From assembly GCA_036393575.1 (NCBI GenBank), contig DASWGT010000086.1, positions 3,141-67,140 of the forward strand: DNA of 64,000 nt, read 5' to 3'. Origin of the DNA: Rhodospirillales bacterium. GTDB taxonomy: Bacteria > Pseudomonadota > Alphaproteobacteria > Rhodospirillales > Casp-alpha2. Numbering within the stretch: position 1 is the stretch's first letter; each line of letters opens with the position of its first letter. Position numbers and translations under genes: made by a program. The notes under the pieces are model-generated. The model did no database searches, was not told the DNA's origin, and was given only the letters and a program-made list of their open reading frames with translations. Shown piece after piece: positions 61,196 to 64,000 of the stretch.

Positions 61196-61435
61196 CTACT
61201 TGCCGATGAGCTTCAGCGCCTCGGCCAGCTTTTCGACGGATTCCTTGTGCTTGCCGGCCTTGTGCAGTGCTTCGCCTTCGGCGCGCAGCGCCTTGACCTT
61301 GTCCATCATGTTGCCGCCCTTGCCCGCGGCCAGGGCCGCGTCGATGGACTTCATGTCCTTCGGGCATTGAGAGGCGAACGCTGGCGTCGCCATCAGGGCG
61401 AGTACGGCGGCGGCGGTAAGAATGCGCTTGATCAT
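61196..61435 (-). CDS. small secreted Lys/Ala-rich helical protein (first gene of the ECF unit)
   Basis: 79 aa after GGAGAAACC. It has signal peptide MIKRILTAAAVLALMATPAFA|SQ. The mature part is helical (KVKALRAEGEALHKAGKHKESVEKLAEALKLIGK) with a single Cys. Confidence 0.6.
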   Translation of the reverse strand: MIKRILTAAAVLALMATPAFASQCPKDMKSIDAALAAGKGGNMMDKVKALRAEGEALHKAGKHKESVEKLAEALKLIGK

Positions 61436-61541
61436 GGGTTTCTCCTTGGTTTCAGAACGGTGTTTGGTGACTTGGGGACGAGTCTCCCCCCATTTCCATA
61501 AACACCGCCTAGCCAGGATTATTCCTCGGTATATTCCCTTA

Positions 61542-62684
61542 TCAGCGCTCGTCGATCGGCACGTATTTCCTGGGTTCCGGCCCGGTGTACTTGAGCAGCG
61601 GCCGGATCAGGATGTTGTTCTGCATCTGCTCGAGGGCTTGCACCGTCCACCCCGGCACCCGGCCGACGGCGAAGATCGGCACGAACAGGTCGCTCGGGAT
61701 GCCGTGCAGGTAATAGATGACGCCGGAATAGAAATCGACGTTGACGTTGACGCCGTGCCGCGCATAAGGCGCCATCGCCGCGACGACCGCCTGCAGAATC
61801 TCGTACCACTGCGGCTCGCCCATTTCCTTCGACAGCCGCTCGACACCGTCGCGCATGTGCCGGGCCCGTGGGTCCTCGGCGCGGTAAACCCGGTGCCCGA
61901 AGCCGGTCACCGGCTGGCGGTTCCTGCGTTTCGCCGCCACGTAGTCGGCGGCCTTCGCCGCCTCGCCGATCTCCTTCGCCATCCTCATCACGTCCTCCGC
62001 GGCGCCGCCGTGCGCCGGGCCGGACAGCGCCGCGATGGCGGCGGTGACGGCGGCATGCAAGGTTGCCTCGGTGCTAATGACGACGCGGGCGGTGAACGAC
62101 GACGCGTTGGAGCCGTGCTCGGCGTGCAGCACGAAGTCGGTGTCCATCAGCTTCGCCGCGTCGGCCGACGGCTTCTCGCCCTTCAGCATCCATAGGAAAT
62201 TGGCGGCGTTGCCCAATCGCGCGTCCGGCATGACCGGCTTCCTGCCGTTGCGGATGTGGTGATGGGCGGTGACGATCATCGGCACTTGCGACGTCAGCCG
62301 GATGCCCTTGCGGAGCGTCGCCTCGGGCGATATGTCTTGGGCGTCCGGATCGAAGGCGGCAAGCGCCGACACCGCGGTCCTAAGCGCGTCCATCGGGTGT
62401 GCCGCCTTCACCGTCTCGATCAGGCCGTAGATCTGCTCGGGGAGGCGGCGCCCGGCCTTCATCTCGGCGTCGAAGGCTGCGAGCTCGGCGCGGGTCGGCA
62501 GCGCGCCCCTGAGCAGCAAATACGACGTCTCCTCGAACGTCGAATGCTTGGCGAGGTCGTGGATCGAGTAGCCGCGATACCTGAGGTCGCCGGCGCGGCC
62601 GTCGATGAAGGTGGTCGGCGATCGCTCGAAATAGACGCCCTTCAATCCGCGGTGGATCTTATCCTCGGCCTCGTCGTCGCTCAT
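61542..62684 (-). CDS. citrate synthase family protein (short type; citrate or 2-methylcitrate synthase)
   Basis: 380 aa from ATG 62684. The catalytic motifs are [15 protein letters not shown] and DFYSG. Confidence 0.85.
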   Translation of the reverse strand: MSDDEAEDKIHRGLKGVYFERSPTTFIDGRAGDLRYRGYSIHDLAKHSTFEETSYLLLRGALPTRAELAAFDAEMKAGRRLPEQIYGLIETVKAAHPMDALRTAVSALAAFDPDAQDISPEATLRKGIRLTSQVPMIVTAHHHIRNGRKPVMPDARLGNAANFLWMLKGEKPSADAAKLMDTDFVLHAEHGSNASSFTARVVISTEATLHAAVTAAIAALSGPAHGGAAEDVMRMAKEIGEAAKAADYVAAKRRNRQPVTGFGHRVYRAEDPRARHMRDGVERLSKEMGEPQWYEILQAVVAAMAPYARHGVNVNVDFYSGVIYYLHGIPSDLFVPIFAVGRVPGWTVQALEQMQNNILIRPLLKYTGPEPRKYVPIDER

Positions 62685-62799
62685 CGCTCTCCCCGTTCGC
62701 GGATCGCCGCCGTCATCGTGCCCAAGCGGGCCAGCGTTTACAAGCGCCGGAGGCGGTTCTAGGGTGGCTGCCGTCGGGCGCAGGGACGTGGACTCGGGC

Positions 62800-63786
62800 A
62801 TGGACGTTATCCGGACCTTCATCGCCGCGGCGAAGAGGAAACCGCGCACGGTGGCGCTGCCGGAAGGCGCCGAGCCGCGCATCCTCGCCGCCGCGCGCCG
62901 GCTGGCCGACGAACGTATCGCCCGGCCGCTGCTGATCGGCCCCGCCGACGCGATCAAGGCGGCAGCCAAGACGGCCGGAGTCGATCTCGCCGGCATCGCC
63001 ACCATCGACCCTGGCGCCAGCGGCGAGCTCGACCGTTTCGCCGCCGCCTACGCCAAGGCCCGCGGCACCGTCGAGCCGAAGGTCGCTCGCCGCCTGGTCA
63101 GGAAGCCGCTCTACTTCGCCGGCATGATGGTCAGGGAAGGCGACGCCGACGCGGTCGTCGGCGGCGCCGACAACCCGACGCGGCGAGTGATCGAAGCCGG
63201 GCTGCTGACCGTCGGCCTGGCGCCCGGCATCAAGACGCCGTCGAGCCTATTCCTGATGACGGCGCCGGACTTTTTGGGCCGCGGTCCGCGCACGTTCGTG
63301 TTCGCCGACTGCGCCGTCAACGTCGAGCCGGACGCCGTGGCGCTGGCCGATATCGCGCTGGCGTCCGCCGCCAGCGCGGAAAAGCTACTCCGCGAGCAGC
63401 CGCGGGTGGCAATGCTGTCGTTCTCGACCCACGGCAGCGCCCGCCACAAGCGGATCGACAAGGTGATCGAGGCACTGGCCATTGCCAGGAAACGGGCGCC
63501 GGACCTATTGATCGACGGCGAGCTGCAGGTCGACAGCGCCCTGATCCCGGCGGTGGCAAAGAAGAAGCTGAAGGGCAAGAGCGCCGTCGCCGGGCGCGCC
63601 AACGTGCTGGTGTTTCCGGACCTCGATTCCGGCAACATCGGCTACAAACTGGCGCAATACCTCGGCGGCGCCCAGGCGGTGGGGCCGATCCTGCAGGGGT
63701 TCGCCAAGCCGGTCGCCGATCTGTCGCGCGGCGCCAGCGCCGACGACATCGTCGCCACCTGCGCCGTGGCGTTCGCTCTCGCTTGA
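62800..63786 (+). CDS. pta: phosphate acetyltransferase (short form)
   Basis: 328 aa from ATG 62800. It has the Pta pattern [44 protein letters not shown] and [17 protein letters not shown]. Confidence 0.85.
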   Translation: MDVIRTFIAAAKRKPRTVALPEGAEPRILAAARRLADERIARPLLIGPADAIKAAAKTAGVDLAGIATIDPGASGELDRFAAAYAKARGTVEPKVARRLVRKPLYFAGMMVREGDADAVVGGADNPTRRVIEAGLLTVGLAPGIKTPSSLFLMTAPDFLGRGPRTFVFADCAVNVEPDAVALADIALASAASAEKLLREQPRVAMLSFSTHGSARHKRIDKVIEALAIARKRAPDLLIDGELQVDSALIPAVAKKKLKGKSAVAGRANVLVFPDLDSGNIGYKLAQYLGGAQAVGPILQGFAKPVADLSRGASADDIVATCAVAFALA

Positions 63787-63813
63787 GCGCCGTTCGACGG
63801 CGCCGTCAAAGGA

Positions 63814-64000
63814 TCAAACCGGCTGTTGCGGCCTCATGTCGCGCCGGTCGATTCCGGCGACCTTGACCGGTGCCTTCATCGCATCGCGCCGGAAGGGCTC
63901 ACCGAGCTCCTGATTGAGGATGACTTCGATGAACGTCGTCACGTCCTTGTCCTGGGCGCCGCAGGCTTCCTTCAGCGCCGAGGTGAGTTCGGCCTGGATG
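63814..64000 (-). CDS. C-terminal fragment of a thiamine-diphosphate enzyme, probably sulfoacetaldehyde acetyltransferase (Xsc); 5' end lies outside the window
   Basis: The minus-strand frame is open from the window edge to TGA (63814-63816). The translation is ...IQAELTSALKEACGAQDKDVTTFIEVILNQELGEPFRRDAMKAPVKVAGIDRRDMRPQQPV. The block LNQELGEPFRRDAMK matches my memory of Xsc C-termini, and the adjacent pta fits the known xsc-pta pairing. Confidence 0.5.
   Translation of the reverse strand, partial: IQAELTSALKEACGAQDKDVTTFIEVILNQELGEPFRRDAMKAPVKVAGIDRRDMRPQQPV

Noticed and set aside
61436-61541. An ECF-type autoregulated promoter (GGAAC-N16-CGT-like) upstream of the small secreted protein/sigma operon.
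   Set aside because: The only GGAAAT ... CGTC pair is spaced about 11 nt apart, which is incompatible with the usual spacing. I found no other convincing match.
1-64000. CRISPR arrays, insertion sequences, integrases, prophage genes, toxin-antitoxin pairs, tRNA/rRNA genes.
   Set aside because: No spaced direct-repeat arrays are present. No transposase-, integrase- or phage-like translations appear in any frame. All intergenic regions are too short or lack tRNA-like cloverleaf sequence.

Overview
This is a GC-rich, very gene-dense chromosomal window. Its gene content (TTT/Bug transporters, an ECF sigma/anti-sigma pair, multi-PAS hybrid kinases, AzlCD, Xsc-Pta) looks proteobacterial, most likely alphaproteobacterial. 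I call about 62 protein-coding genes, one riboswitch, a few candidate promoters and terminators, and two small repeats. I see no rRNA, tRNA, CRISPR array, transposase, integrase or phage genes. Many long ORFs in the six-frame track are antisense or alternate-frame artefacts of high GC content (Arg/Ala/Gly/Pro-rich translations) and were discarded. Operons are tightly coupled: ATGA, GTGA, TTGA or TAATG stop/start overlaps occur at 198-202, 3584-3587, 17159-17162, 24867-24870, 26006-26009, 26899-26902, 31966-31969, 32316-32319, 34950-34953, 47048-47051, 50663-50667, 53236-53239, 55243-55246, 59167-59170 and 60602-60605. Theme 1 is cyclic-nucleotide and two-component signalling. It comprises a PilZ / FixJ-type regulator / 12-PAS hybrid kinase / REC-EAL block (6160-14303), a 1747-aa PAS-GAF-kinase-3xREC-adenylate cyclase fusion (38513-43756) followed by four stand-alone CheY-like genes, and a c-di-GMP-I (GEMM-I) riboswitch-like element (about 50408-50498) in front of a micro-ORF plus a second PilZ gene. 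Theme 2 is accessory organic-acid metabolism. It comprises PrpD-family/TcuA-like/PrpF-like genes (650-4756), B12-dependent glutamate mutase glmS-glmL-glmE (16692-20079), two TctCBA transporters, and an acylating aldehyde dehydrogenase + ADP-forming CoA ligase + MDR reductase operon (23437-27900). It also includes an unusually organised succinate-dehydrogenase-like complex interrupted by a TauE-family permease and a two-subunit Fe-S hydro-lyase (31241-36680), a Liv-type ABC transporter + nitrilase operon (52379-59805), and citrate synthase / Pta / Xsc at the right edge. The most interesting items are the riboswitch-PilZ arrangement, the split Sdh-like/hydro-lyase operon, the orphan glutamate mutase and the kinase-cyclase fusion with its CheY array. 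All functional calls come from reading motifs and from remembered family signatures; no database search was run.
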